A stretch of DNA of 64,000 bases. Origin: Lobosporangium transversale (taxonomy: Eukaryota). Shown here piece by piece: positions 1 to 12,740 of the stretch. The notes under the pieces were generated by a model, which worked only from the letters and a program-made list of their open reading frames with translations, did not search any database and was not told the origin of the DNA. How positions within the stretch are numbered: the stretch's first letter is position 1; every line of letters begins with the position of its first letter. The stretch spans positions 186,001 through 250,000 of the forward strand of contig NW_019029012.1 in NCBI RefSeq assembly GCF_002105155.1, read 5' to 3'. The position numbers and the translations under genes are program-made.

Positions 1-926
1 TCCACTAAGCCAGTTCTCATACATGTATGCTTGAATAATGGGTCTGAAGCCGAACAGAGGATGGAATAGGACAGAGACAGTGTAAAGTGAGGTAAAGGCG
101 AATATAGAGTGGAGGGTAGCAATGATAAAGAAAAAGAAAAAAAAAAAAAAAAAAAAGAATGAAAGAGAGGGCATTAAATGTTATCAAGGATGTTGGCGAA
201 GCAAAAAAATAAACTCTTGAATATGTAGTAAATGTTGTAAGAAAGGACATTTCTGTGCATCCTCTTTCTATGTCGTATTATTGAATAAAATCCGACCATG
301 CTTAGCATACCATTGCAATTTAGTAAAATGTGCACATGTGCAACAAAAACCTTGACAAGTCGTTTTGGGCGACATGGAAGCCCATTGGCCAATCAGATTC
401 CAAATCCTGGCTTATTGCAAACTCACTGCGTTTTGTGAACACAATAAAATTTTTCAAAAGCCTCCACCTCCAATAACCGTTCGGGCCTCTTCCCTTTTTT
501 ATACTTTCGGTAATGTGTCAAGGCATCAAAGGCACCATCTACTCGTTTATTTTATTCTTTTTATTTTTATTTTTTACTTAGCCAGTCAGCATTACGATAT
601 CAGTAGAACTTCAAAACCCCGTCGCTTTACATTTAATTGATATAAAGACAGTGTTGTTATAATGATCAGAAGATTGAAAGACATTATAAGTACTGCTTAC
701 ATAATTTTTTGTGGATATCTGTGTAACAGAACCATAGGGGAATGCATGACAACCGAAATGAACAGTCTAACTTTCAGAAGAGTTCCCCTTTTTGAAGATC
801 TTCCAATATGACAGAAATAGATGAATAAATAAAAAAAAAATAAAAAATAATAATAAAAAATTATTTTGAAATAAAGGTCTATAGGTGATGCGGTTTATGC
901 TACTTGATGCTCTTCACTTTCTTCTT

Positions 927-2352
927 CTAAATGGCTTTGTTCAAATAGAATGTCGCTTTTATAAATTCATCCCAGTGGTCAAATTGAGACGCTGCCGATG
1001 ATATTGTCTCTAATGAAACATCTCCATCAGCGGATATTGATTCGAAAGCCAGCGGCACGGGTAAAAGCTAGATACCATCCCATAGCATAGAACAAAGAAA
1101 ACGTCAGAGAAATTTCTATATACTGTTTATGTATAATATATACAAGTAATATATATAAAGAGAATAATTAAACATCCATATAGAAAACACCAACAAGTAC
1201 CTTGAGCTCTTGCTTCCTAACTAAGCCATACTGATCGATCATGTCAGAAGCGATTAGAGGCAAGCCGTGGTAGTCGAAAATACCGGTCGTCTTGAAAAGA
1301 ACACTTTTCAATGTATGCGTGATTGCCACTCCTCGAAGGCCCACCTGAGAACCAGGAGGTGTTGATGATATGTCTTGAAATGAGAAGAAGTTAGGGCATT
1401 GAAGTCTATTCGAAAATGGTAATGTTGTCTGATCCATCAGGTTCTTCAAGATGGGGGACTCTATCTCGAGCTTAGTCGTCAATTGACTTCTAATCTGCAC
1501 ATCCGTAGGCTGGCCTAGCATCATAAAGTTGGCGACGATCCTTTTGTTAATCGAGCTTCCACCTTTCATAAATAACTCGCCCTCATGATTCAGCTGATAG
1601 CTTAGATGGACCGGGTCTAGTTTTGGTTTATCCAGTGAGTTTAAAGAAGACTGTGCAAAACATGATGATAGGATGTATTCTGCCTCGATAGTCCTAGTCT
1701 TTGGTGACACTAATGGTAACTTTGCTACAGCTTTGAAGAACGGTAGACTTTAAAAAAGTAAAAGGCAAACCTTGGTAAGCTAGAGGGCACTACATTTCAA
1801 AACATCGAAAGAAGACACACGCTCCCAGTACCTTTCAAAGAAATAAGGGGCTTCAGCATCCTTTAGCCACTCTTCTAGCATCAGCATATCAAAGGATTTT
1901 GAAAGCGGAAGGCAAGTCATTTTCCTTTCCTTGTTTTGAAAGAGTACCTGGCCGAAATGTGATGATAGTTCAAATTTTTGGGTTGCTGTTTGTGCCTCAT
2001 TCACATTGCTTTGCAAATGCTCCTTGAGTTCCTGAAGCGTGTTGATGTTGGACGGCGAAGACTGAACAGGATAGATGGTATGGTTGTCCATAGTTTTATC
2101 TGCATACTATTATGAATATTTAACTTGATCATTAGTACACTCAAGTCCATCAAACATAATCTCAGCGTTATCCATTTGATCAATTCTACTAACAGGTTCG
2201 ACTTGGCAAATGCGGAAGTATGCTTTTTGGTTCTCATCTGCAGTCATAGTAACTGAATCATAAACCGGGAACATCCCCAAAGGATTTAGCTCATTCTCCT
2301 GACGCGTGAATGTCAAAGACTCAACATGGCATGTTGACTGGCGAGCAAAAAC

Positions 2353-2388
<36 letters not shown>

Positions 2389-3391
2389 CAAAGGTTAGTC
2401 AATTGGCCACCAGAATAGTTGCATTAGGGAAAAAGGAAGAAAGAGGGTTCTTTACTTCGTTCAGCTTGATATCAAATAATCGCTTGGCTTCTTCCATGCT
2501 CCTTTCTGATCGACCAGCAATAATCAGTGTTTGATCATCCTTTGATGAAACATATGTCCCTGATCGTCGAGCAATGTCCTCCAAAGCTAAGGGCTCCTTC
2601 ATAACCATGTCTCTATTATGGTATGAAGAAACATCCCATTGCTCTTCTGTGACGGCAACCAATTCCCGAATACGCTCCTGAGCTTCCTCGATCAAATGCG
2701 GTACTCCTCGGATGACGTATGTCTCATCTGCAATATTAATAGATATCCGAACATTCTTCTCCTTTTCCAGTTGCCTTAAAGAGTCGCCTTCAGTTCCGAG
2801 GATGAAAAAAAGCTCTTGTTTGCTGGACGGATATTCTCTCTGGACAGTTGGGTCGTTGGGGAATGGCTCTTCAACCACAGGTGGTCCGGGTTCTGGAGCA
2901 AGGACATCCAGATCCATTAGGACCATGATTTGGTTGATCAAGACGGATTTTTTCCCTCCAGAAGGCATATTTTTGCTGCGGAGGACGCCCTTGAGTTGTG
3001 AGACATTAAAGGAAGCAGCCACACGATCCTTGAGTTTGTTGAACTCCTCGACTGAAATCTTTGGATTAAGAGGTTTGAGTGCCATGACATCCTCTAGTGT
3101 AACCTTGGCCTTTACTGACGATGGGCGTGTATACAGGTCGTTGATAAGTGCCTTTGAGATACTATCAATTTTGGCAGCATCAACTGAAGAATCTTGGTCC
3201 TTTTTTTTCCTGGCCGTCGACCGTTGTGAAGTAGAAAAGAAACATGGTCGATCGGGCGTTCTTACAATCGGATTGATTCTACTCCTAGCAATGACTTTTG
3301 ACCCTTGAGTGTTTCTGCAGAGACCTGCTCCAAGGGAGACAATAATCGATTGAGTGCTCTGCTGGCACGGAATCCTGCTCATGGCTCTCAT
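927..3391 (-). CDS. Multi-exon SLS1-like mitochondrial RNA-associated protein (SAP domain + KH-like folds)
   Basis: ORFs 2399-3427, 2110-2391, 1780-2091 and 1168-1710 join with a last exon ending TAG at 927-929. Basic presequence-like N-terminus (MRAMSRIPC...), SAP-like FNVSQLKGVLRSKNMPSGGKKSVLINQIM and KH-like ELFFILGTEGDSLRQLEKEKNVRISIN. Confidence 0.6.
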
Positions 3392-3620
3392 AGTCGGTAG
3401 ACTTTTTGTTTTGGAACAAATGAACAAATGCTCGAAAAAAAGAGTAGATCATTCAGATCATTAAATGAAAAAGACCGTCACGAAGACTCACTTTCCAAAA
3501 TTAATGGCTGTAGCTCTATTCTATCTTTCTATTCTTTTTTTTTTTTTTTTTTTTTGATAAACCCAATTCAACCCAATTCAACCCAATTCTATCTTTCAGT
3601 AACTCACAATTCCTTTCACG

Positions 3621-5112
3621 ATGGACATGTCCCCAGCTGAACGGCAGAAATATGCCGAGATATTTACTAGTCTAAACCCCATCAACGGCTACATCACCGG
3701 TTAGGAACTTCTTCTTTCTTTAACTTCTGTCCCTGAAACCGCATCAACATCTTGCCAACGTTTCATGGGAATGAAAATGAGAGACATGAGTATCATCATC
3801 TGACATTCTTCATCTCGTCCTTACTGTTACTTATACAACCTGTGTACCTATTTGTAACAGGTCTGCAGGCACGACAAATGTTCATGAACTCTGGATTGCA
3901 CGTCATCAAGCTAGGCCAAATTTGGTACGCTAAAGTATTTTTAAATACACATTTCAATACTGTTTCAGATCCAATATATTACAACCACAACTGATATCGG
4001 TCAATGTATTCTACATGGCCAAATCTTTAGGGATATCTGCGACATTGACAAAGATGGAAATATGGACTTTGACGAATTCTGCTTGGCTCTACGTTTTGTC
4101 TATGCGTCCATTAACAATGAGATATCAGAAATCCCTTCATCACTTCCACAACATATGATTCCACCCTCAAAGGCTCATTTTTTTGTTGGAAATCAAGCAT
4201 ACAACCAAGCATATTTACAGCAGCCGTCTCAATCGTTTAATCAACGCAGCCAGAGCCCTAATTACTTGGCTATTTCAGAACTTGTGAGTGTAAAGCCTTC
4301 CGAGCTTCGAACGGATTAGTGCACCTCATAGGATTCGTCATTATCTTCTTACTCTCAGATTATTAACTCCAGTATATTTGATTGTAGGATACTGCAGCTA
4401 CTGTGAACAAAAATTTATCAGATGATTTTGACTGGTATATTGCCCCATCTGATCGTTCCAATTATGAGGCTATTTACAGGAACAATGTCCAAATGTCGTC
4501 GGGTGAAGTACAAAGTAAGATGTTCGGGTCCTTAGTATCACAGCCTGATGGGCACTGGAGAAACTTGCTCTAGCATGGAATAATCCCATCACTCACAGCC
4601 AACGGTCTATCCTTTTTTATTTTTAGTGGGCCAATTTGAAGAATTATACCAGGCTCTGCAAATTCCAAGAGAAGACATTAATGCTGCATGGTAACACTAA
4701 GGAACAGCCCAACTGAACAGCGAAAAAAGAACCGCAACTCTGAATGCTCAAGTTTATCCCTAACAGCTCCTTTTATGCACTGTCATGTACCACTTCAGGT
4801 CACTGGTGAATGTTCACTCTGCTCCTCAAATTGGCAAGGAACAATGTATTGTATTTTTCCATATCCTCAACAGTCGTCGCCTTGGCAAACGAGTCCCAGC
4901 AACGCTTCCTGGAGCCCTTCGAACCTCCTTCTTGGGCAGTTCCAACTATGCACTTTCTGAAAATTATTCCATTAATGAAATGCAGGCAGGACGGCCATCT
5001 GTACCAATGTCTTTTGCCACGAACTCGGCATTTTCTAGCCATAAGGGGCATGCTATGGCGGATGATTATCTTAGCCGATTGAACCAGAAAGATCATGTAG
5101 TTAACGGTAGGA

Positions 5113-5148
<36 letters not shown>

Positions 5149-5643
5149 AAGAACGTGGTATCTTTCATTGAGGATTGGAATCGATTACTTTGATTATTAA
5201 CAATACAATAATGCTGATTTATCAATATTTTTTTTTTTTTTTTGTTTTTCATTGTTATGTTTATCCTTTTAGAATCAATGGCGCATGAAGAGCGGTTAAA
5301 ACAGGAACTGGAGAGTATTAAGCGACAGGTTGAGGATGCGGAGCGGAAACTGCGGCTGAAGCGAGGGGGAACAGACGAACATGAGGTAACAAAGGAAGAA
5401 CTGCAGGAGCTGCTTGCCTACAAGCAGCAACAGGTCTTGAATGATGAAGCGTCAACTCTTGACCGAAAGCTTCTGGAGCAGGATCGAGAGATCCAACGTC
5501 AGCGTGATGCCCTAAAACAGTTGGATAAGATCATGCAGAGCCTTCGTGAGCAAAAGGGCTTACTGGAGACACATCTTGCAGATTCTGAGAGTGAGCTTCG
5601 TGATAGTCAACGTGAGGCTGAAACTCTTCGTGTTGGTCGATAA
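3621..5643 (+). CDS. END3: EH-domain endocytic protein with C-terminal coiled coil (End3-like), multi-exon
   Basis: Exon 1 MDMSPAERQKYAEIFTSLNPINGYITG; EF-hand DIDKDGNMDFDEFCLALR; second EH domain FDWYIAPSDRSNYEAIY...IGKEQCIVFFHILNSRRLGKRVPATLP; coiled-coil tail ending TAA at 5643; GT-AG introns. Confidence 0.85.
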
Positions 5644-5834
5644 TCTTTATCTGATTGAATTGATAGAGTATTTGTAATAAAAGAAATAATAATAATAATG
5701 TAATGATGTGTCTGTGCGCAAAAAAAAAAAAGCCAATCAACCAACTTTAAAATAGTGTCAAAGACATTTCACACACGCTACACACCTCTTTTCTACTCAC
5801 TCTACATTCTGCATTCACATTTCATTCTCATTTA

Positions 5835-6803
5835 ATGAATATACTTACAAAAGCCTCGAAAGGGCTCATACCCGCCTCTCGACCCAATGTACTGCCGTTG
5901 GTAGCATTGACGACGTCAAAAACAGAAAAGACATTTACCTTTCATACCTCTGCTTCACAAGACAGTCGATCGTCTCATCATTCCTCCAAGAATCATTATG
6001 AACAACTTGGCTTGAGGAAGGACGCTACCAAACAGGAAATCAAATCTCAATTTTATAAGCTCTCCAAGCTCCACCACCCGGACAAAAACGACTCTGCAGA
6101 GTCTCGCAAGCAGTTCTTGTCAATCAATGAAGCCTATTCTGTCTTGGGGAACGAGCGTCAACGACGAGACTATGACCTCACTTTACTCGACGGATCTGGA
6201 TCCCTTTATTCCTCTTCTTCTTCCTCAGAAAGGGACACCCCCAATCGTGGAACGCTTAGGAGAACTCCATTCCGACATTCTGCTCACTCTGCAGCTGCAG
6301 CTGCGGCTGCAAGGGCCCATGCTGCAACTAGAGCCAAGTTTAATGATTTAAATCAACAGCAACACCATCATGGACCCGTACCACATTTTGATTCAAAATC
6401 TCATCAAGAGATGCACCATGAACAAGATATTCGACGAGAGGAACGAAGACAGGCTAGGGAACGTGCCAAGGCTGAACAAAAGAAGGCTGAAGGGTCAGCT
6501 GCTGGATCTGGAATATTTTTGAGAACCACACTAATACTCGTGGCCATCATAATGGGCTCGTCCTTATCCAAGGTCTTTGCAGATGAAATCGAACAACAGG
6601 ATAAAGAAGCTCAGTCAACTTTGCCACCATCATATTCTACTACGACTACGACTACCTCTGCAATTCAGTCTTCGGTTGGTCGTCGCTTGCAGCATTATGG
6701 CCATCAATCTGCTCCAAGGGCTTTTAACCAAAGAGAAAATGATGAGGATAATATTGAATCGCCTTTGAAATATTTGTCCTCGTCAACAATGTCTTCAAGT
6801 TGA
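5835..6803 (+). CDS. J-domain (DnaJ/Hsp40 type III) protein, probably mitochondrial and membrane-anchored
   Basis: Single ORF of 322 aa; NHYEQLGL...KLHHPDKN...FLSINEAYSVLGN...RRDYD J-domain with HPD; basic Ser/Thr-rich N-terminus; hydrophobic segment IFLRTTLILVAIIMGSSL. Confidence 0.9.
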   Translation: MNILTKASKGLIPASRPNVLPLVALTTSKTEKTFTFHTSASQDSRSSHHSSKNHYEQLGLRKDATKQEIKSQFYKLSKLHHPDKNDSAESRKQFLSINEAYSVLGNERQRRDYDLTLLDGSGSLYSSSSSSERDTPNRGTLRRTPFRHSAHSAAAAAAARAHAATRAKFNDLNQQQHHHGPVPHFDSKSHQEMHHEQDIRREERRQARERAKAEQKKAEGSAAGSGIFLRTTLILVAIIMGSSLSKVFADEIEQQDKEAQSTLPPSYSTTTTTTSAIQSSVGRRLQHYGHQSAPRAFNQRENDEDNIESPLKYLSSSTMSSS

Positions 6804-6934
6804 ATCATATTCCACACAAATTATAAAAGAGTAGATTTATTAAGTATATATATGATACATAGAAACCTGAGTGTGATCGCAATAGTTGAGGAAAGCAAAA
6901 AATGAAAAAGAAAGAAAGAAAGAAAGAAAAAGGC

Positions 6935-7627
6935 TTAGTCATCCAAGTCTGGGATATGCGAGAACGAATAACCCTCATAATCTTTATATGCATAGTACGC
7001 CAGGCCAACATGGTATGATCCTAAATGTAGGGAAATGTTGAAGCGGAAAAAAAGAAATCATTTAGACACTGCTTGTGCTTGCTCTTTTAATTAAAATTGA
7101 AACAAACTCTTTCTTTTGCTGCCACTCACCTGGTATAAAGCATAGTGCTCCAAGAATCAGTAACGGTGTGCCTTTATCCAACCATTCCTACAGATGTAAT
7201 TCAAAATATTAAAGGCTTAGACAGGAGGATAACACGAACTAGAAATTTTGAAAAAAAAAAAAAAAAAAAAAAAAAACTTCTTTATTAAACTTACAGGGCT
7301 GACGATGATACCAACTTTGAGCAGCGATCCAATTGTGAGCCCAGCTATGCCAAGGATCAAAAGAACAACAGCCAAGGCAATTGACTTCCAAGGGACTTTT
7401 TTTTTTTTTTTTTTTTTTTTTGGTTTGGTTAAATGGAAAAAGTGTCGAAAATAATAAAGAGTTGAGTTAAAAGTCCTTTGATCGCTTAATCGACATGATA
7501 AAAAAAAAAAAAAAAGAGAGAGAGAGAGCGCCTTACTCGACGGCGTTGGGGCCATGAATTGTCCCTCTGAATATCCAGTATCCTCCTGCATTTGAAGGAA
7601 CCGACGAGCTCGACGCGGAAAACGCAT
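6935..7627 (-). CDS. TMEM230: TMEM230 (UPF0414/DUF872)-like two-TM membrane protein, 4 exons
   Basis: Spliced product MRFPRRARRF...QFMAPTPS|IPWKSIALAVVLLILGIAGLTIG...|EWLDKGTPLLILGALCFIPG|SYHVGLAYYAYKDYEGYSFSHIPDLDD*; PWKSI and FIPGxYH...GYSF..IP are family motifs. Confidence 0.85.
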
Positions 7628-8037
7628 TTTCTTTGTTCGGTGGACGAGTTTATGGACACCAGTAACTGGTTTGTGAGCAGAAGAAGTTGCAGTCGAAGGC
7701 ATCAAACAACGAAAAAAAAAAAAGAAAAGAAAAAAAAAGGAAAAAAGGTAAAAAGGAAAAAAGAAGAGGGAGAGAGGGAAAATTGGCTAGAAATGAGAAT
7801 ACTTGAAGAAATACCAAATGACCTTTCTTTTTTATTTTTGAATGAGAGATGAAGACAGAAACAGAAGGTTGCATGTATTCAGCCCAACACAGAGCCAGGA
7901 TTTCTGCACGTGACTCAGTAACCAGCATCAAAAAAAAAAAAAAGACCATTTGTTGAAAATAAAAGTTGTCTCATCAAATAAACAGGACGACGGACATCAT
8001 TGGACAAACAGACAGACAGACAACCAGCAAATCAATT

Positions 8038-8962
8038 ATGCCGGAAGCACCTGTAAAGAAGCAGAATATAATTTCAGGAAAGAATAGAAAAAAGGATTTT
8101 GTTTTAGTCCATTATTCTGGACAATCCCTTGGCCGACAAAGTTAACCTCTTCAATATCCATTAAACATCTTTAGGAGAAAATTACATACCAACAATATCT
8201 GGATGCCAAAAATGAACTCACTGAGCTAATGGCGCGCAAAAAGCTTGTTGACAGGAACCTGGTAATGTTGAGGAGCAAAAAAAAAAAAAAAAAAAAAAAG
8301 ATAGTTTGCAACAGGAAAGAGGCTTGACACACTCATATTACTATTCCAGGCAGGACTAGAGAACAATATCTATGCATTTGAGGGGTCTTATCTAGAAGAC
8401 ACACAGAACGGAGGTAATATCATTCGTGGATTTGATGGTTATATCAACCCAAAAGCTGACAAGGGCCGTGTCAAGTACTCTGAATCAGATCGACTGTTCT
8501 CAATGTCCTCAACTACTTTTGCCAAGGCAAGTTTCTTCTGAAAGGATTTATATATATATATATATATATTTGCCACTTAGGCTTCTGCTTCTTAGTATGC
8601 TCAGTCACATCCAACCATTTCTTCTTCTTCTATCTTTTTTACAGGCACTTCAAATCAAAGATAACCCAGATCCGGAATCTTCACAGGATGAATCAAAGCG
8701 TGGATCGTCATCTAGTAAACGACCTCATCCAAAATCATCATCGACATCTAGCATCATCTCTGGTCCGTCCTCTTCTTCCATAAGCGGCGCCGTTCCAGGA
8801 GGATCCTCATCCTCGTCATCTAGCCGGAGACTTTTGAAACAAAAGACTGCCTCCTCTTCCTCAAATCAATCCAAGAACTCTGATCAGCCACGGCCGCCAA
8901 AGAAAATAAGATTATCATCTACAGGACGTGATGCCGATGGTGATGAAGATCTAGATGTATAG
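8038..8962 (+). CDS. EAF6: NuA4 histone acetyltransferase subunit Eaf6, 4 exons
   Basis: Exons encode [47 protein letters not shown]...SDRLFSMSS, then a Ser-rich tail ending TAG at 8962. Confidence 0.92.
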
Positions 8963-9296
8963 GGGAGGGAGGGATGATTTAATAGCTTTCTTTTCTTTCT
9001 TTCTTTCTTTATTACATTCTTTCCTGATATATGTATATATCAATGCTCATATTCTGTGAAACAGCTATTGCCATGAATGAATAAACTCATTCAGAATTAT
9101 GGCGAATAGCCACCCTTGTGATATGTCAAACCAAAGTGGACATTTATCTGCCATCGACCAACATGTCCATTAACGAGACGTGTTTGTACATTTTTCAGGA
9201 AGAGGAACCTGTAGTTCTCAAAGGGTTCGGAAAAAGGTTAGGGATCCGCCTCATTTATTGCCCTTCCTTGGCTAAGTCACCTATGGCGAAGATACC

Positions 9297-9327
<31 letters not shown>

Positions 9328-9639
9328 ATTGATCATTATAAAAAAATAATGATCTTATTATCGGTTGTACGGCGCGGTTTTTTTTTTTTTTTTTTTTTTT
9401 CATTCGGTGATAGATTACCCGTATAGAAATAGTGCGGCGCAATCTTGACCACATTTATTATAACACTAAATAAAAGGATTATAAACAATTGTATCGTTGT
9501 CTCTGTCTAACAAGCGCAAAGCCGACTCTGGAGCAGAGGAGATGTCCATCCACCTAAAGAGAAGTCATAAGGTAGAGAGGCATCGGGCCAATGTCTAGCG
9601 CTCGACTACTTAATTCAAATATAAAATTGCATTGTGCTC

Positions 9640-9790
9640 TTTGTAATAATTTTATTATTTTATATTATTATATTATTAAATTATTGTATTACTATACTAT
9701 TATGCTATTATATTATTATATTGTATCATTATACTATTATATTATTATATTATTATTATTACGTTATATCGTTATATCGTTATTGTTCAA
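9640..9790. repeat. Degenerate (ATT/TAT)n low-complexity tract
   Basis: tattattatatattattaaattattgtattactatactattatgctattatattattata... Confidence 0.8.
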
Positions 9791-9875
9791 TGATATCACC
9801 AATAGGCGGCAATATAGTATTGCGCCATTAGTGTTAGGGTGTTATCATTCACAAAATGTTACCCAACTTTGGTAA

Positions 9876-12740
9876 TTAGGCGAGGGTTCGAAGCATGTAC
9901 ACCTCATCCGCTTTCTCTGGCTGGGAAGAAAGAGAGGGGGGAAGCGCTTTTAAATCTTTAGGTTGCGAAAACAACCGAAAGGTGTTCGGCCTTCTCGAAG
10001 GCGGCGGTGGTGGTAGTAGTAAGGGTAGTGGCATAGCAAGCTCTACATCCTTGTAGCGCGCCATTCGATGACGACCCCGAGGCTCCTTACTTTGAAATGC
10101 AACATCACCAAACGTCGCATCTCCGAAGCAGCCTGCAAAATCTGGATGCTTTCGCATCATCAAAATTTGAGAACGGAGGAATGTAGATGGTCCTGTGTAC
10201 ATGTCCTGGGTTCGATAGTACTGCAATACACTATCTGGAACCTTGGGTTCTATGCTTTTCAAGGCCGCTATTAATTTGGTTTCTGCATTATTGCACTTAA
10301 AGACCAATGAAGCCTTGATTTTTGACAATGGCGATGTTGACGATGACGGCAACTCTTCTGTTTGGGACGGCTCAAGGGAAGCAAGGAAATCTCGGGAGCA
10401 AGATTGGATGGTCTTTTTTTGGATTTGATTCCATGCTTCATGGATAGCCTCTGGCTCATTTTTTGGGCTTCTGTTTTTTGAATGGTCAGGGCCACTTCCA
10501 TTATTGCTATGAATGCTATGACTAGTTTGGTTTCGGGCTTTATCATTCGCCAGGAACGCCTCGATCAAAAAAGTATGGTAATAGGCCTTGAAGTCCTTTG
10601 CGATTTTGGCGCTCATAGGCAAGAGGGCGCTTAGGGGGCGTGGCACCGGAACCAATTTTATGAATCTCAATGGTAACAAAGGCATCGTCTGACTCATTCT
10701 AAAAAATCGCCACATGGTCTCGTCAATCAATAGGACCACATCGCGCGATAGCTCCATATCAAAATCTGTAAGCCATTTCTTGAACGTTGATTCGGTTAAA
10801 TCATCAGGTCTCACTCTCGCGCTGCTAGCGCCATTCTTGTTATTATTGGTAGACAGCATCGGACCCTGTCTAACTATAAACAGTAATAAAGCGGAGATTT
10901 AGAGAACGTGCATTTTGCTGTGCTTCAAGGTACTTCAGCCAAGTACAAATATGCATTTCAGAAATCCCTTTAGCGCGATTTTATATGAGCGTACGCTTAG
11001 AGCTAATATGAATGCAAGTGAAATCATTCTTAATAATAATAAAAGATGTATTATATATTTACCAAGGATAAGTGGCTCTCGTTTCTTGCTTCCTGTGAAA
11101 TTAGAACAGATCAAGACCGAGAAACTAGATGCATCCACTCTCTGGATAGGCTCTTGTCGATATTCCTTTTGGACCAAACTGAGGGGAAGCATGCCAGTGA
11201 ACATACTGACCACGTCACAGGTGTAGATATCTTCTTCATCATAGGTGTTAAGCTTCCACCTCACAGATATCTGAGCAAACTTGGTCTCTTCAGACGAAAC
11301 AGACGCCTGTTCGATCATCTTCCCCTGTGGGATATTGTGTCTTTTCTTGTAACCTTTCAGCCAGCTATATGTGAACAAACATGGTGGCAACGGCGCTGCA
11401 AGGAAACCCGACAACATTCGGAGGAGCTCTAGAGCCTGTCCCACGATCCTGTTGTTAGAAATAGGGATGCATCTCTCGTTGAGGTGGTAGATCCAACCTG
11501 AGAGAAGCTTTTCCAGCACGAAAAATCGGGCTTCAACGATACGTGAGGTCTGCATCATCCTTGGAACACAGTTCTGCTTCTTTGCCTCCTCTAGGATGGC
11601 TTCTCTTTTCGCAATGACGCCGATTATGGTCGTTCTGGCGGCTTTGAAGCGTTTCACTAATTCAGGGATAGCACAGCTACTCTCCCATGCTTGAATAATC
11701 TCAAGTTTTGTGTAAAGTGATAAAGCCTTCCGAGTGCGTTTACGGCTATGCTCAAGGTGACTAGATTCCGGGCTAGGAGTTAGCTGCAGCATGGCAGGGC
11801 CTTCCTCATGTTCGGCTTGCATGTGATCGGAAAGACCGTGCAATGGGTTGATGTTAAAATGCTGGGAATCTATAAAGGAGGACTTTTTATGACACAGATA
11901 TGCACCAAAAAAAAAAAAAAAAAAAAAAAAATGAATGAGCTGATGACTTCAGTTAATTATTTCAAGTACACTTGAATATTGTGTTCTTACTTGTGGAAGA
12001 AGCCCAAATGGTGGTGAAGACATGTAGCTGAAGCTAGGTGTCCTATAGTCTACATGTGTCTGTTGAACGTAGTTCTGTTGCAGAAGTTCAGTCGAAACGA
12101 TAGATTGCAGGCCGGGCGATGCCCCTGCCATGCTTGACTGCAATCCCTGCTGGGGATACTGTGCGTGTCTCTGTATATGGCATCCGCCCTGAAGGTATTG
12201 CTGCTGCTGCTGAAAAGGTAATGCTGCAGACCCCAGCCACCAGAGCTCTTGATTTGGGTAGCCTAGATTCTCTGCCAAGTATCCCTGCTGCTTTTGATGT
12301 TGTTCTTGCATGTATAAAAAGCCAGGAGCTGAGCAAAGTCCAGTCATTTGGGGGTCCGGTAAGTACCCAAACGAAGTAGATGGATGCTTTTGGTTTTCAA
12401 AAATTGACCCTTGCATCAATGGCTCTACCTGTGAGGGGATAAGATTAAATAGGCTGGTATCACAGGAAGGGTCCTGAAAGTCTTGCTCGGTAACGTAAGT
12501 AGAAGGGGTTTTGAGGAAGCTCTTAGATAAAATTGGTAAGAAGGAACTACATATATGAGAGTTATTGTCAATTGGTGAAGCCAGAGGTGATGGCATGGAT
12601 ACAACGTCCTCATCAGTCGTCCTGGGGTGTGTGTTTGTTATAGGTGTTGCTAAGGTGGTAGAAGTATCAGAACCAGAGAGGTTAATGAAATCATGGAACT
12701 CTGCGTCCAACTCTTCGGGAAGAGGGGTGCCTGCGAACAT
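9876..12740 (-). CDS. CENP-B/pogo (Tigger)-derived protein: Q-rich N-terminus, two HTH domains, degenerate DDE_1 domain
   Basis: RKALSLYTKLEIIQAWE...(HTH psq-like); RFFVLEKLLSGWIYHLNERCIPISNNRIVGQA...FTYSWLKGYKKRHNI (HTH_Tnp_Tc5-like); IYTCDVVSMF, VLICSNFTGSKKREPLILG and FKKWLTDFDMELSRDVVLLIDE resemble DDE_1 motifs. Introns present, no TIRs seen. Start position uncertain. Confidence 0.8.

Noticed and set aside
2712..3308. Antisense ORFs over real genes (also 44688-45191, 59807-60325, 61941-62405)
   Set aside because: Shadow frames of opposite-strand coding or formerly coding sequence.
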